Below, one piece after another: positions 37,231 to 46,003 of a DNA stretch of 64,000 nt. The stretch's first letter is position 1. Each line of letters begins with the position of its first letter. Under the pieces are notes generated by a model. The model was not told the DNA's origin, ran no database searches, and saw only the letters and a program-made list of their open reading frames with translations. The stretch spans positions 985 to 64,984 of the forward strand of contig CASIBX010000008.1 of NCBI GenBank assembly GCA_949373075.1, given 5' to 3'. The position numbers were made by a program, and so were the translations under genes. The stretch is from Candidatus Poseidoniaceae archaeon. GTDB lineage: Archaea > Thermoplasmatota > Poseidoniia > Poseidoniales > Poseidoniaceae.

Positions 37231-39261
37231 ATGGCCACCGATATAGACGCTATGCGCGCACATATCGGGCAGGGGATTCCTACCGTATTACCAACACATC
37301 CAGGAATTTGTGATGAAGTAGACCATGCTCCCGCTAGGCGACAAATACTGTCTGATAAAGAAAAGAAATTGGCTTTGCGTAATGCACTACGCTATTTCCC
37401 AGAGAAACTCCATGAGGAACTGGCAAAAGAATTCGTTGATGAATTAGAAACATATGGCAGAATATGGATGATGAGATATCGACCAACAGAATATCCAATC
37501 TACGCTTACCCATTGGATGCATATCCTGCAACTTCACAGCAAGCAGCATCGATAATGCTAATGATCCATAATAATCTCGACAAGAAAGTTGCACAATTCC
37601 CTCATGAACTGATAACTTATGGTGGAACAGGTGCTGTTTTCCAAAATTGGGCACAGTATCGGTTGGTTATGAAATACTTGTGCGAGATGAATGATGAACA
37701 GACTCTAGTCATGTATTCAGGGCACCCAATGGGACTGTTTCCATCATCGAAAGATGCTCCGAGAGTTGTAGTGACAAATGGAATGGTAATACCAAATTAT
37801 TCTACTCAAGATGATTATGATAGGATGAACGCCCTTGGAGTTAGCCAATATGGACAGATGACTGCAGGTTCATACATGTACATAGGTCCGCAGGGAATTG
37901 TTCATGGCACAACTATTACTGTCCTCAATGCCGCTAGGATGCACGCTGGTGCTAAAGACTCACTTGCTGGCGTAACATTCGTCACATCAGGCCTCGGTGG
38001 CATGAGTGGAGCACAGGCTAAAGCAGCCGTAATTGCTGGTGCATCTTGCATAGTAAGCGAAGTTAATCCACACGCAGCGCACAAAAGACACGAACAGGGT
38101 TGGCTTTCAGAAATCGCAGATTCTGTTGATGATGCAATCGATAAAATGGTCCATGCCAAAAATTATGGAATCGCTAAGTCGATTGGCCATATTGGAAATA
38201 TTGTGCATCTGTTGGAGAGAATGGTTGAAAGAAACATTGAGGTTGACTTATTATCTGACCAGACTAGTTTGCACAATCCATGGCAAGGAGGATATTACCC
38301 TGCCACCTTGTCATTTAATGAAGGAAAGAAGATGATGTCAGAAAACCCATCACAATTCAAAATAGAGGTTCAAGAGACATTGAGAAGACACGCATCTGCT
38401 GTAAATAATTTAGTGGACAATGGTACTTACTTTTGGGATTATGGCAATGCATTCCTACTCGAAGCGTCTAGAGCAGGCGCTGATGTAATGAATGCAGATG
38501 GGGATGGATTCAGGTATCCTAGTTATGTTGAAGACATAATGGGCCCAATGTGTTTCGATTACGGGTTTGGGCCATTCAGATGGGTTTGCACATCAGGCGA
38601 CCCTGAAGACCTACGAGAGACGGATCGTATCGCAGCAGATGTCCTGCGAAAAATGTCTGAAAATTCACCAGTGGAAATCAAGCAACAAATGTTGGACAAC
38701 ATTAAGTGGATTGAACAGGCAGAACAGTACGAAATGGTTGTAGGTAGCCAGGCACGAATATTGTATGCTGATGCCGACGGCCGTAAAGAGATCGCAAGGT
38801 CATTCAATGAAGCTATCAAAAATGGTTCAGTAAGTGGACCTATAGTTCTTGGAAGGGACCATCATGACGTATCTGGGACTGATTCTCCTTACAGAGAAAC
38901 TGCCAATATTAGAGACGGTTCAATGTTTACGGCAGATATGGCCGTTCAAAACTTCGTGGGCGATTCCTTTAGAGGAGCAACGTGGATTAGTTTACACAAC
39001 GGAGGCGGTGTTGGCTGGGGCGAAGTAATCAACGGCGGATTCGGTCTACTAATTGATGGTAGCCGAGATAGTGAAAGAAAATTACTTTCCATGCTTGACT
39101 GGGATGTCAATAATGGAATTTCTAGACGTGCTTGGGCGCGCAATGATGGCGCGGTTTATGCGATTAAAAGGGCGATGGAGTCAAATCCATTGCTAAAGGT
39201 GACATTACCTAATATTGCAGAGGACAAACTCATTGACTCCTTCTATCGTGGTGATGAATAA
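37231..39261 (+). CDS. hutU: urocanate hydratase, long (about 676 aa) form
   Basis: LALRNALRYFP...ELITYGGTGAVFQNWAQY...GLGGMSGAQ... About 120 aa longer than the usual bacterial HutU. Confidence 0.92.
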   Translation: MATDIDAMRAHIGQGIPTVLPTHPGICDEVDHAPARRQILSDKEKKLALRNALRYFPEKLHEELAKEFVDELETYGRIWMMRYRPTEYPIYAYPLDAYPATSQQAASIMLMIHNNLDKKVAQFPHELITYGGTGAVFQNWAQYRLVMKYLCEMNDEQTLVMYSGHPMGLFPSSKDAPRVVVTNGMVIPNYSTQDDYDRMNALGVSQYGQMTAGSYMYIGPQGIVHGTTITVLNAARMHAGAKDSLAGVTFVTSGLGGMSGAQAKAAVIAGASCIVSEVNPHAAHKRHEQGWLSEIADSVDDAIDKMVHAKNYGIAKSIGHIGNIVHLLERMVERNIEVDLLSDQTSLHNPWQGGYYPATLSFNEGKKMMSENPSQFKIEVQETLRRHASAVNNLVDNGTYFWDYGNAFLLEASRAGADVMNADGDGFRYPSYVEDIMGPMCFDYGFGPFRWVCTSGDPEDLRETDRIAADVLRKMSENSPVEIKQQMLDNIKWIEQAEQYEMVVGSQARILYADADGRKEIARSFNEAIKNGSVSGPIVLGRDHHDVSGTDSPYRETANIRDGSMFTADMAVQNFVGDSFRGATWISLHNGGGVGWGEVINGGFGLLIDGSRDSERKLLSMLDWDVNNGISRRAWARNDGAVYAIKRAMESNPLLKVTLPNIAEDKLIDSFYRGDE

Positions 39262-40802
39262 TGGGGAGCATCAAGTTAGACGGTAATACCCTCAGCACAA
39301 CCGAAATCGCATTGATTTCCATGGGTGAGAAGGTCGAGGTGGCATCAGACTCCTGGCTTAAAATAAATGCTGCAAGGGATGTAGTAGAAGGAATACTAGC
39401 AAGGGGTGAGACTGTTTATGGCATTAATACAGGATTTGGTGCGTTGGTTAGCGAATCCATTTCACCGGAGGACTTAGCGGCATTACAGGTTAATCTAATC
39501 CGTTCACATGCTTGTGCAATTGGCGAACCAATGTCTATTCCTGACACTAGGGCAATGATGTGCGTCCGTGCAAATTCATTAATCAAGGGATGCTCAGGAA
39601 TTCAGGCATCAGTAATAGAGCAATTAATCACTTATCTAAATCAAAATATCATTCCAGTTGTTCCAAGAATTGGTTCCCTAGGAGCATCAGGAGATCTTGC
39701 GCCATTGTCACACATGGCATTAGCGCTCATTGGTGAGGGTGAAGTTTGGGGCGATGATGGACCCATTGGCACACCGACTCTGCTCAGGGAAAAGGGATTG
39801 ATTGCAGTCGATTTAGGAGCTAAAGACGGACTTTCACTGATTAATGGGACAAGTCAAATGTGTTCTTTCTTAATTAATGTCGAAACAAGACTTTCCAGTT
39901 TATTACCACTAGCAGATTTGATTGCTTGCGTATCAATGGAGGCCCGCAAGTGTTCGATTAAGCCAATGGATTCCAGAGTCCACGCGGCAAGACCACACCA
40001 TGGTCAATCTTTGGTGGCTGAACGAATTACTCAGATTATGAAAGATTCCGAAATCCTTGCATCGCACAAGAATTGTGACAGAGTTCAGGACGCCTATTCA
40101 TTCCGATGTATACCGCAGGTTCATGGTGCTGTACTCGAAAGATTCCGTACTCTTTCGTCTACTCTTGAAATCGAGATAAACAGCGCAACAGATAACCCGT
40201 TGATATTCCCAAACCCTGCGAACCCAGGTGTAGACGAAGTTATCAGCCAAGGAAACTTCCATGGGGAGATTTTAGCAATAGCTGCTGATGGAATGTCGCA
40301 TGCGATATTTGAGTTAGCACACATAAGTGAAAGAAGAATCGACCAGATAGTTGACCCCGCCAGAAGTGACTTACCTGCATTTTTAGCAACCAACTCAGGA
40401 TTAGAATCCGGTATGATGATCGTTCATTATGTCGCCGCTGCTGCATTGGCTGAAATGCATGGTAGAGTAATGCCACGCTCCGCCTTTTCAACACCAACCT
40501 CAGGAGGTCAAGAGGACCATGTTTCAATGGGCGCAACCGCCTGTTGGAATCTGGTAGAATCTAGTGTTCATCTATCGCAGGTTCTCGCTTGTGAGTTGAT
40601 CATAGCATGTGAAGCACTTGAGTACAGGGATGCTGAACCTGCTGAACATGTCAAGGCCCTATATCGTCTTGTTAGAGGGTTTTGCGAACCATTGGATGGA
40701 GACAGGTCGACATCGAAAGAGATTGAGATGGTAGCTAGAGAATTGTCCAATGGTGGATGGTTGGCTAGAATAGAAGCAGAGTGCGGCAGACTTCCTAGAT
40801 GA
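39261..40802 (+). CDS. hutH: histidine ammonia-lyase
   Basis: GSLGASGDLAPLSH (the ASG triad that forms the MIO cofactor). Its start overlaps the hutU stop (TAATG). Confidence 0.95.
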   Translation: MGSIKLDGNTLSTTEIALISMGEKVEVASDSWLKINAARDVVEGILARGETVYGINTGFGALVSESISPEDLAALQVNLIRSHACAIGEPMSIPDTRAMMCVRANSLIKGCSGIQASVIEQLITYLNQNIIPVVPRIGSLGASGDLAPLSHMALALIGEGEVWGDDGPIGTPTLLREKGLIAVDLGAKDGLSLINGTSQMCSFLINVETRLSSLLPLADLIACVSMEARKCSIKPMDSRVHAARPHHGQSLVAERITQIMKDSEILASHKNCDRVQDAYSFRCIPQVHGAVLERFRTLSSTLEIEINSATDNPLIFPNPANPGVDEVISQGNFHGEILAIAADGMSHAIFELAHISERRIDQIVDPARSDLPAFLATNSGLESGMMIVHYVAAAALAEMHGRVMPRSAFSTPTSGGQEDHVSMGATACWNLVESSVHLSQVLACELIIACEALEYRDAEPAEHVKALYRLVRGFCEPLDGDRSTSKEIEMVARELSNGGWLARIEAECGRLPR

Positions 40803-41709
40803 GTTCATTTATTCTTAACTCAACTTCATCTAATCCGGTCAATTGCCTTACTCTAAACCTCATTTTGGTTACTTCAGATTTGAATCCTCGTTCAGCCAAG
40901 ATATCTAGGCGATTGTCTAATTCAATTGCCTTGCGAACTTTTATTTCAACGGCCTCATAAATACTGTAGCCCAAATCATCTGAAACCTGGAAGAGTGCCG
41001 GTTCTGCTTCAGACACGTCTATTCCCATTCTCCTCCATTGTAGGATTCTACGTCTCGCAATATCTTTGGTATACCCTTGACGCGGTATGCGCACAAGGAA
41101 TGACAAAGAAGAACCATCACCAAGAGGCTTTTCTTGTAAATCATCAATTTCATCGACTATTTCCTCGCTTTCCTCAATTACATCGAACTCGATTTTCTTA
41201 GGTACTTCCCATTCATTAGACTCTCTGTGCCACTGTGAATGCTGTATGGAATCCATAATACCGTCTGAAACTACCAATAAAAGGGACCATGGTTTTCGAT
41301 GAAGAGAGTCTTTCAGTTTTATGACCATGTTCAAAACCTTATCAAATCCATGGAGTGAAATTAACCATTCTATGCCTTCGATAATAGCAACACCTGTGTG
41401 ATTTTCAATACGTGATGAGACCAAATCGTGAATTTGGTCCAGTGATGGCTGGATTGAACCTGCAACATCTTGTGATGTAACCCAATAAGACTCAACTTTA
41501 TCCAGATCAATGTGTTCTAAAAGACGGCGTTGTGGGAGTCTGGATAATAGCAAAACATGCCCGTCACCCCTCATTGACAACGAATCAACATAAGCTAGAA
41601 TTTCATCATGTGAAATCAAAGTATGAGTATAAGATTTACCAAATTCAAAATCCATTATTGGAACCCCATTTAGCCTACGCCTATGTAGACCGTAACGCTT
41701 CAAGTCCAT
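40795..41709 (-). CDS. DUF835-like domain protein with uncharacterised C-terminal helical half
   Basis: SYWVTSQ...IQPSLDQIHDLV...VAIIEGIEWLISLHGFDKVLNMVIKLKD...LLLVV resembles DUF835. The C-terminal ~130 aa are unassigned. The start may be the ATG at 41655. Confidence 0.5.
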   Translation of the reverse strand: MDLKRYGLHRRRLNGVPIMDFEFGKSYTHTLISHDEILAYVDSLSMRGDGHVLLLSRLPQRRLLEHIDLDKVESYWVTSQDVAGSIQPSLDQIHDLVSSRIENHTGVAIIEGIEWLISLHGFDKVLNMVIKLKDSLHRKPWSLLLVVSDGIMDSIQHSQWHRESNEWEVPKKIEFDVIEESEEIVDEIDDLQEKPLGDGSSLSFLVRIPRQGYTKDIARRRILQWRRMGIDVSEAEPALFQVSDDLGYSIYEAVEIKVRKAIELDNRLDILAERGFKSEVTKMRFRVRQLTGLDEVELRINELI

Positions 41710-41738
41710 GAACCATTATATCGTGCTATGCCCTCGGA

Positions 41739-43472
41739 ATGACGGTGACAGCAATGTCTAATGAAGAAAAACCAGATATCCCGATGGCCGAGTGTGGCGC
41801 TTGCCGCGCAATCATACCACTTGATAGTGAATCCTGTTCCGAATGTGGAGCACGATTTGACAGTGTATCCGAGGAAACTCTCGGTGAATGTGGCTCTTGT
41901 GGGAAATTGCAGCCAACAGACTCGAAATCGTGCATCCAATGTGGTGTCTCTTTCGTAGAAGAAGAGTCCGAGGTCGAATCGATAGAGGATTCTGAAAGTG
42001 GCGATGAAATACCTGCTTCACAGGCTTTAGAAGAATTAGATTCAGTAATTGATGATATTAATTCTCTAAGAGAAGAAGATGAAAAACCTGATGAGATTTT
42101 GGAAGTTGAAGAAGAGACTCAAGAAGAACCTGAAGATGATGAAGAGGACCACTCAGAACCAGACGACAATTCAGAGGGGCCATCCGAAGAATTGGACGCT
42201 GAATCTGAAGAAGCAGTAGAGGCTGATTCTGATGAAGAGCAATCTGAATCAGAAGAGGATACTGAAGGAGTAGAAGAAGCGGGCTCTGATGAAGAAGATT
42301 CTGAAGATAAAACAGAAGAAGAAGTCTCAGAGGAAGAGGACCAGAAGAATTTGGATTACTGGCGTACTACAGTAGTTATGGCATTTGAAAATCTCGCTTT
42401 AGCAATTGCAGAATCCGGCATGACTGCAAGTGAAGCATTCGTAGCAGTTGACGGCAACGATGACAAATTGATTGATGCTCCAGAACTTCAGAAGGGCATT
42501 GAGGAGATTAGCGGAGAATGGCTAACTCCAAACCAAGTCAAAGCGATATTGGAATACTTAGACACCAATGAAAATAATAGGGTAGACCCTAGTGAATTAG
42601 TTCAAGCCCTAGATGATTTAAAAATCGGTATCAAGCCAGGTAAATTTCCTAAGTCAAAGAAAAAGAAGGAGTTCCCATCTAAAGTTCAAAAGTTCCTAAT
42701 GGGGAAAAGCGCAAATGATATCTTTTACCCTATAGCATACTTCTTGATGGTTACTTTCATTGGAATATGGGTTGTCAACGGAGTTGGATTGATAGTTGAT
42801 GGTTCAGGTGGACCTGTGCTTTACGAAGGTGATGGCGCAGTTTGGGACCATTGTGGAACCGAAGTAGGAGACGAACTGGGAGATGATTGTTCAGGATATG
42901 CAGTTGAAGGGGAGATTTACCCTTGTCATGATACACTTGATGCGAATAAATGTCAAAACTCTTACACTCCATTTAGTGGAGAAAAGGATTCAGATAGTAT
43001 GCCTGCAGGTTTCTACACAGATGGTATCATCATGATGGTTCTTGGAGTTATAGGACTCGGAATAACGGCATTCCTACATTTATTCTATGCACCTTCACTA
43101 AGGGACAGAGTCAAAGGAAATGACACTGATGAAAACCAAGAATCTGATCACAATAAGTCTGACGAGGACGATGAAGAAGAATCAGATGACGATAAAGAAT
43201 CTGATGATGAGGAAGAATCTGATGATGAGGAAGAATCTGATGATGAGGAAGAATCTGATGATGAAGAGTCTGATGAAGAGTCTGATGATGATGAAGAGGA
43301 TGCAATCGACGTAGGAGATTGGGTTGGAGTTGAAGTCGATGGGGAAGAGATCTTTGGAGAAATCATTGAATTTGATGACGAAGAAGATACTGTGACAATC
43401 GAGACCGAAGACGGTGACGAAGTAACAGCGAACCAAGAAGACATGTTCCTCGATGATGAAGACGACGAGTGA
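41739..43472 (+). CDS. highly acidic membrane protein: double zinc ribbon, EF-hand-like pair, 2 TM helices flanking a Cys-rich loop, acidic repeat, small beta-barrel-like C-terminus
   Basis: CGACRAIIPLDSESCSECG and CGSCGKLQPTDSKSCIQCG. DGNDDKLIDAPELQ and DTNENNRVDPSELV are calcium-loop-like. TM helices IFYPIAYFLMVTFIGIWVV and IIMMVLGVIGLGITAFLHLF. (DDEEES)n repeat. Confidence 0.6.
   Translation: MTVTAMSNEEKPDIPMAECGACRAIIPLDSESCSECGARFDSVSEETLGECGSCGKLQPTDSKSCIQCGVSFVEEESEVESIEDSESGDEIPASQALEELDSVIDDINSLREEDEKPDEILEVEEETQEEPEDDEEDHSEPDDNSEGPSEELDAESEEAVEADSDEEQSESEEDTEGVEEAGSDEEDSEDKTEEEVSEEEDQKNLDYWRTTVVMAFENLALAIAESGMTASEAFVAVDGNDDKLIDAPELQKGIEEISGEWLTPNQVKAILEYLDTNENNRVDPSELVQALDDLKIGIKPGKFPKSKKKKEFPSKVQKFLMGKSANDIFYPIAYFLMVTFIGIWVVNGVGLIVDGSGGPVLYEGDGAVWDHCGTEVGDELGDDCSGYAVEGEIYPCHDTLDANKCQNSYTPFSGEKDSDSMPAGFYTDGIIMMVLGVIGLGITAFLHLFYAPSLRDRVKGNDTDENQESDHNKSDEDDEEESDDDKESDDEEESDDEEESDDEEESDDEESDEESDDDEEDAIDVGDWVGVEVDGEEIFGEIIEFDDEEDTVTIETEDGDEVTANQEDMFLDDEDDE
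43197..43250 (+). repeat. 3 perfect copies of an 18-nt in-frame tandem repeat (gaatctgatgatgaggaa), with degenerate copies downstream
   Basis: Read directly. It encodes ESDDEE repeats inside the 577-aa acidic protein. Confidence 0.9.
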
Positions 43473-43476
43473 TTTT

Positions 43477-43827
43477 ATGTCCGATAAGCTAGACGCTTTA
43501 GTTGGAAAAGAATCATGCCCAGTATGTGGCACAATCTCGCAAAAAGGCACCAGCAGATGCCCAGAGTGTGGCACATTTCACTCTGGAGTACACTTAGAAG
43601 AAAGGCCAGCTCCAAGTCCTGAAGAAAGAATTAACTCAAGAGATGTTAACCCTTTAGATTATTCAATAAATCCAGATTCGGCAATAGCGGATGAGGATTT
43701 TGAAGGAGACGATACCACAGTAAAAAACTGGAGTGGAGGGGCAACTGATTTCTCATTTGTTGATGATGAACCGGTAAAGGTTCGTGAAGTTGAAATCCCA
43801 AAATCCGAAGAAATCGAGTCAGATTGA
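43477..43827 (+). CDS. small zinc-ribbon protein, acidic C-terminus
   Basis: CPVCGTISQKGTSRCPECG. The ATG at 43477 lies 4 nt after the upstream stop. Confidence 0.5.
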   Translation: MSDKLDALVGKESCPVCGTISQKGTSRCPECGTFHSGVHLEERPAPSPEERINSRDVNPLDYSINPDSAIADEDFEGDDTTVKNWSGGATDFSFVDDEPVKVREVEIPKSEEIESD

Positions 43828-43889
43828 TTTATTCTTAAATGCTAATTGAATAGCGATTAGCCATTAATCATTAATTAGTTATTGCAAGG

Positions 43890-43962
43890 TGGGCTCGGCC
43901 AGAATTGAACTGGCGATCTTTGCCATGTCAAGGCAACGTCATAACCCCTAGACCACGAGCCC
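43890..43962 (-). tRNA. tRNA-Val (anticodon GAC), no intron, CCA not encoded
   Basis: My fold of GGGCTCGTGGTCTAGGGGTTATGACGTTGCCTTGACATGGCAAAGATCGCCAGTTCAATTCTGGCCGAGCCCA: 7-bp acceptor stem, anticodon stem TTGCC/GGCAA with loop TTGACAT, T stem GCCAG/CTGGC with loop TTCAATT. Confidence 0.9.
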
Positions 43963-44010
43963 TTGCAAGTTGTCCACTTTGATTCGGTATATATCCGAAT
44001 CGGTAGCGAA

Positions 44011-44220
44011 TCAAGAAACAATCTTGGAAATTTTACCAGTACAGCCTTCTTGAGAGCAAAACCCACCACAACGTGTGCGGCCATTGCTCATCACAATCAT
44101 CTTACCATCCTTGATGGGACCATAGGTCTTGCATTTCAAACAGAATCCGCTGACTTTAGCCATAAGGAACGTGTTCTCCGTGGATAATCTTAGTAATGAA
44201 TACTGTGATTTGTTTATCAT
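44011..44220 (-). CDS. small zinc-ribbon protein (DUF5679-like); alternative start ATG 44163
   Basis: MAKVSGFCLKCKTYGPIKDGKMIVMSNGRTRCGGFCSQEGCTGKISKI. The C.KC...NGR...G.C..C pattern fits small archaeal zinc-ribbon proteins. Confidence 0.5.
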   Translation of the reverse strand: MINKSQYSLLRLSTENTFLMAKVSGFCLKCKTYGPIKDGKMIVMSNGRTRCGGFCSQEGCTGKISKIVS

Positions 44221-44332
44221 TTCAAAAATAATGGTTTTTTGTCAAAATACCCCCCCCTCCAAGGGGTAAAATAGCAAAAGTTGCAAAAAAACAGCCATAA
44301 AGAGTGTACTGCAAGCCTTGCAGATGTAGCTT

Positions 44333-44371
44333 GACAAAACCGTTGTCGCATAATGTATGTTATGCGACAAC
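44333..44371 (-). terminator. perfect 12-bp inverted repeat with 6-nt loop, followed on the minus strand by GGTTTTG; candidate terminator or operator
   Basis: gttgtcgcataa-tgtatg-ttatgcgacaac at 44342-44371, abutting the stop codon of the 111-aa ORF. A T7 run follows about 50 nt further downstream on the minus strand. Confidence 0.35.
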
Positions 44372-44706
44372 TAGTGGGTCTCCAAATCGACATCATCGGG
44401 ATTAAGTGCGAAAATCCCAACCAAAGGGGGTCCACCAAGTAAGGATTCGATACCACCATCCCTAGAATCTAACTCTTCTGCGATTCTTTTTGCACTACGA
44501 TGCCAAGAATCTTCATTATCATAAATCGCCTGAAGCAAAAACATTGGTTGACCATCAATCGATCTTGAAACCCAGGCCCTTACACAACCCTCCGTCCTTC
44601 TACGCATTTCTTGCCTAGCTTCCAACATACGCTGCAATCTGGCGTCTACACCTTTGCGTGCAGAACACACTACAGTTTCCAACCAGTACGGTTTTAATGA
44701 TTTCAT
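44371..44706 (-). CDS. small ABM/Dabb-like (ferredoxin-fold) protein, function unknown
   Basis: 111 aa. ...TEGCVRAWVSRSIDGQPMFLLQAIYDNEDSWHRSAKRI resembles the antibiotic-biosynthesis-monooxygenase fold pattern. The assignment is weak. Confidence 0.35.
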   Translation of the reverse strand: MKSLKPYWLETVVCSARKGVDARLQRMLEARQEMRRRTEGCVRAWVSRSIDGQPMFLLQAIYDNEDSWHRSAKRIAEELDSRDGGIESLLGGPPLVGIFALNPDDVDLETH

Positions 44707-44729
44707 ATTAATCCCTACTTAATTTACGT

Positions 44730-45971
44730 TTAGTGAAAAATCATCTCGCCTTCAAGCATAGTAGCTGCAAATGGTGAATGGCCAGGTTGCAAACACCATG
44801 ATTGCCACCAGGGTCCATCTAAAATATTCAGATTAGCAATTCCACCTTCTTTGATCTGACCATGTACTAATCCCGAAGGGTGGGGAGTAGTGAGTGCTGA
44901 ATTGCGAGTACATGCTGCTAGAGCAATGATTGGCGGTATTTCATTACGTTGAACTAATATCGAGCCAATGAATGGTAAACTCAAGGTTCGACAATTAGGA
45001 TTGAAGTCTGAAGCAATAGTCCATGCCCACTCATTTTCAATACATTTTGAAAATGGAGGGTATTCCTCACCCATAGAATAAGGGGTACCTGGTAAGAAAC
45101 CCGCATTGACTCCAGATGCGTGCATTGCAGCTCTATCATCATCGTTGGTGTAGTGTGCGTGGTCCGCTGTTGATACTTTCAAATCTGCAGCTAATGCCCC
45201 ACCACCCCCATCAACAAATTCATCGATATGTATTCGTAAATCAAGACCACCTACTCTGCTGGCTTTCAGAATTTCTTCACTTTGTTCAACACTAAACCAC
45301 CCCGGCTCACAAAATACATCTGCGCTTCGGGCAATACCCTGTTCCAAAACTGCAGGAAGTTGTTCGGATAATATTTCTTCGAAATATGAATCAATCGAGT
45401 TATCCATCGGTGCTGCATGGGCACCCAGCCATGTTAGATCCAATGACGGAAGCCTTTCAATTGCGCTTATTCCTTCTGCTATCGATAATAGACGCAACTC
45501 TGATTCAGTATCAAGACCGTACCCCGATTTAGCCTCAAGATGGGTTGTGCCGTTACGTAATGACTCGCGCATACGTTCGATTCCCAAATGTGCTAATTCG
45601 GAATCAGAAGCAGTTCTAGTTGGAATAACAGTGGCTGCGATTCCTCCACCTCGTTGAGAGATTTCACGGTAACTAAGTCCCTGTTGTTTCCATGAAACTT
45701 CCCGACTTCTGTCACCACTCCACAATAAATGGGTGTGTGAATCAACAAGGCCAGGAATTACCGCCTTACCTTCTAAATCTAGTATTTCAACCTGTGAATA
45801 TTCAGAAAGTAGTTCTTCGGTTGGACCTATTTTTTCAATGACAAATCCATCTATCAAAATAGCCAAACCGGCCTCAGAAACATATGCACTTTCATCAGTA
45901 ACATTACCAATAATTGGACCATCGCCAGCCATGTGGGCGATAGGCCCGGCATTGATGAGGAGCCTTTGCAT
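44730..45971 (-). CDS. hutI: imidazolonepropionase
   Basis: PGLVDSHTHLLW metal-binding HxH, ...LEAKSGYGL..., ...DHAHY...; the amidohydrolase length fits. Confidence 0.9.
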   Translation of the reverse strand: MQRLLINAGPIAHMAGDGPIIGNVTDESAYVSEAGLAILIDGFVIEKIGPTEELLSEYSQVEILDLEGKAVIPGLVDSHTHLLWSGDRSREVSWKQQGLSYREISQRGGGIAATVIPTRTASDSELAHLGIERMRESLRNGTTHLEAKSGYGLDTESELRLLSIAEGISAIERLPSLDLTWLGAHAAPMDNSIDSYFEEILSEQLPAVLEQGIARSADVFCEPGWFSVEQSEEILKASRVGGLDLRIHIDEFVDGGGGALAADLKVSTADHAHYTNDDDRAAMHASGVNAGFLPGTPYSMGEEYPPFSKCIENEWAWTIASDFNPNCRTLSLPFIGSILVQRNEIPPIIALAACTRNSALTTPHPSGLVHGQIKEGGIANLNILDGPWWQSWCLQPGHSPFAATMLEGEMIFH

Positions 45972-46003
45972 ATCTTGGCGAGTATGTAACCGTTAGATAG
46001 TAT

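Noticed and set aside
43197-43320. Regularly spaced 18-nt direct repeats, considered as a possible CRISPR or mini-satellite array.
   Set aside because: The repeats are contiguous with no spacers, in frame, and encode the ESDDEE acidic tract of the 577-aa protein. The same applies to the 18-nt repeats at 23673-23726. No cas genes are present.
43828-44010. tRNA-Val flanks, considered as a possible integration hotspot or genomic island boundary.
   Set aside because: There is no integrase, no direct repeat of the tRNA 3' end, and no compositional break visible by eye. The neighbouring genes are ordinary small conserved proteins and hutI.
43875-44084. 69-aa ORF on the minus strand overlapping the tRNA-Val gene.
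   Set aside because: It overlaps a well-folding tRNA and has no protein motifs, so it is a spurious ORF.
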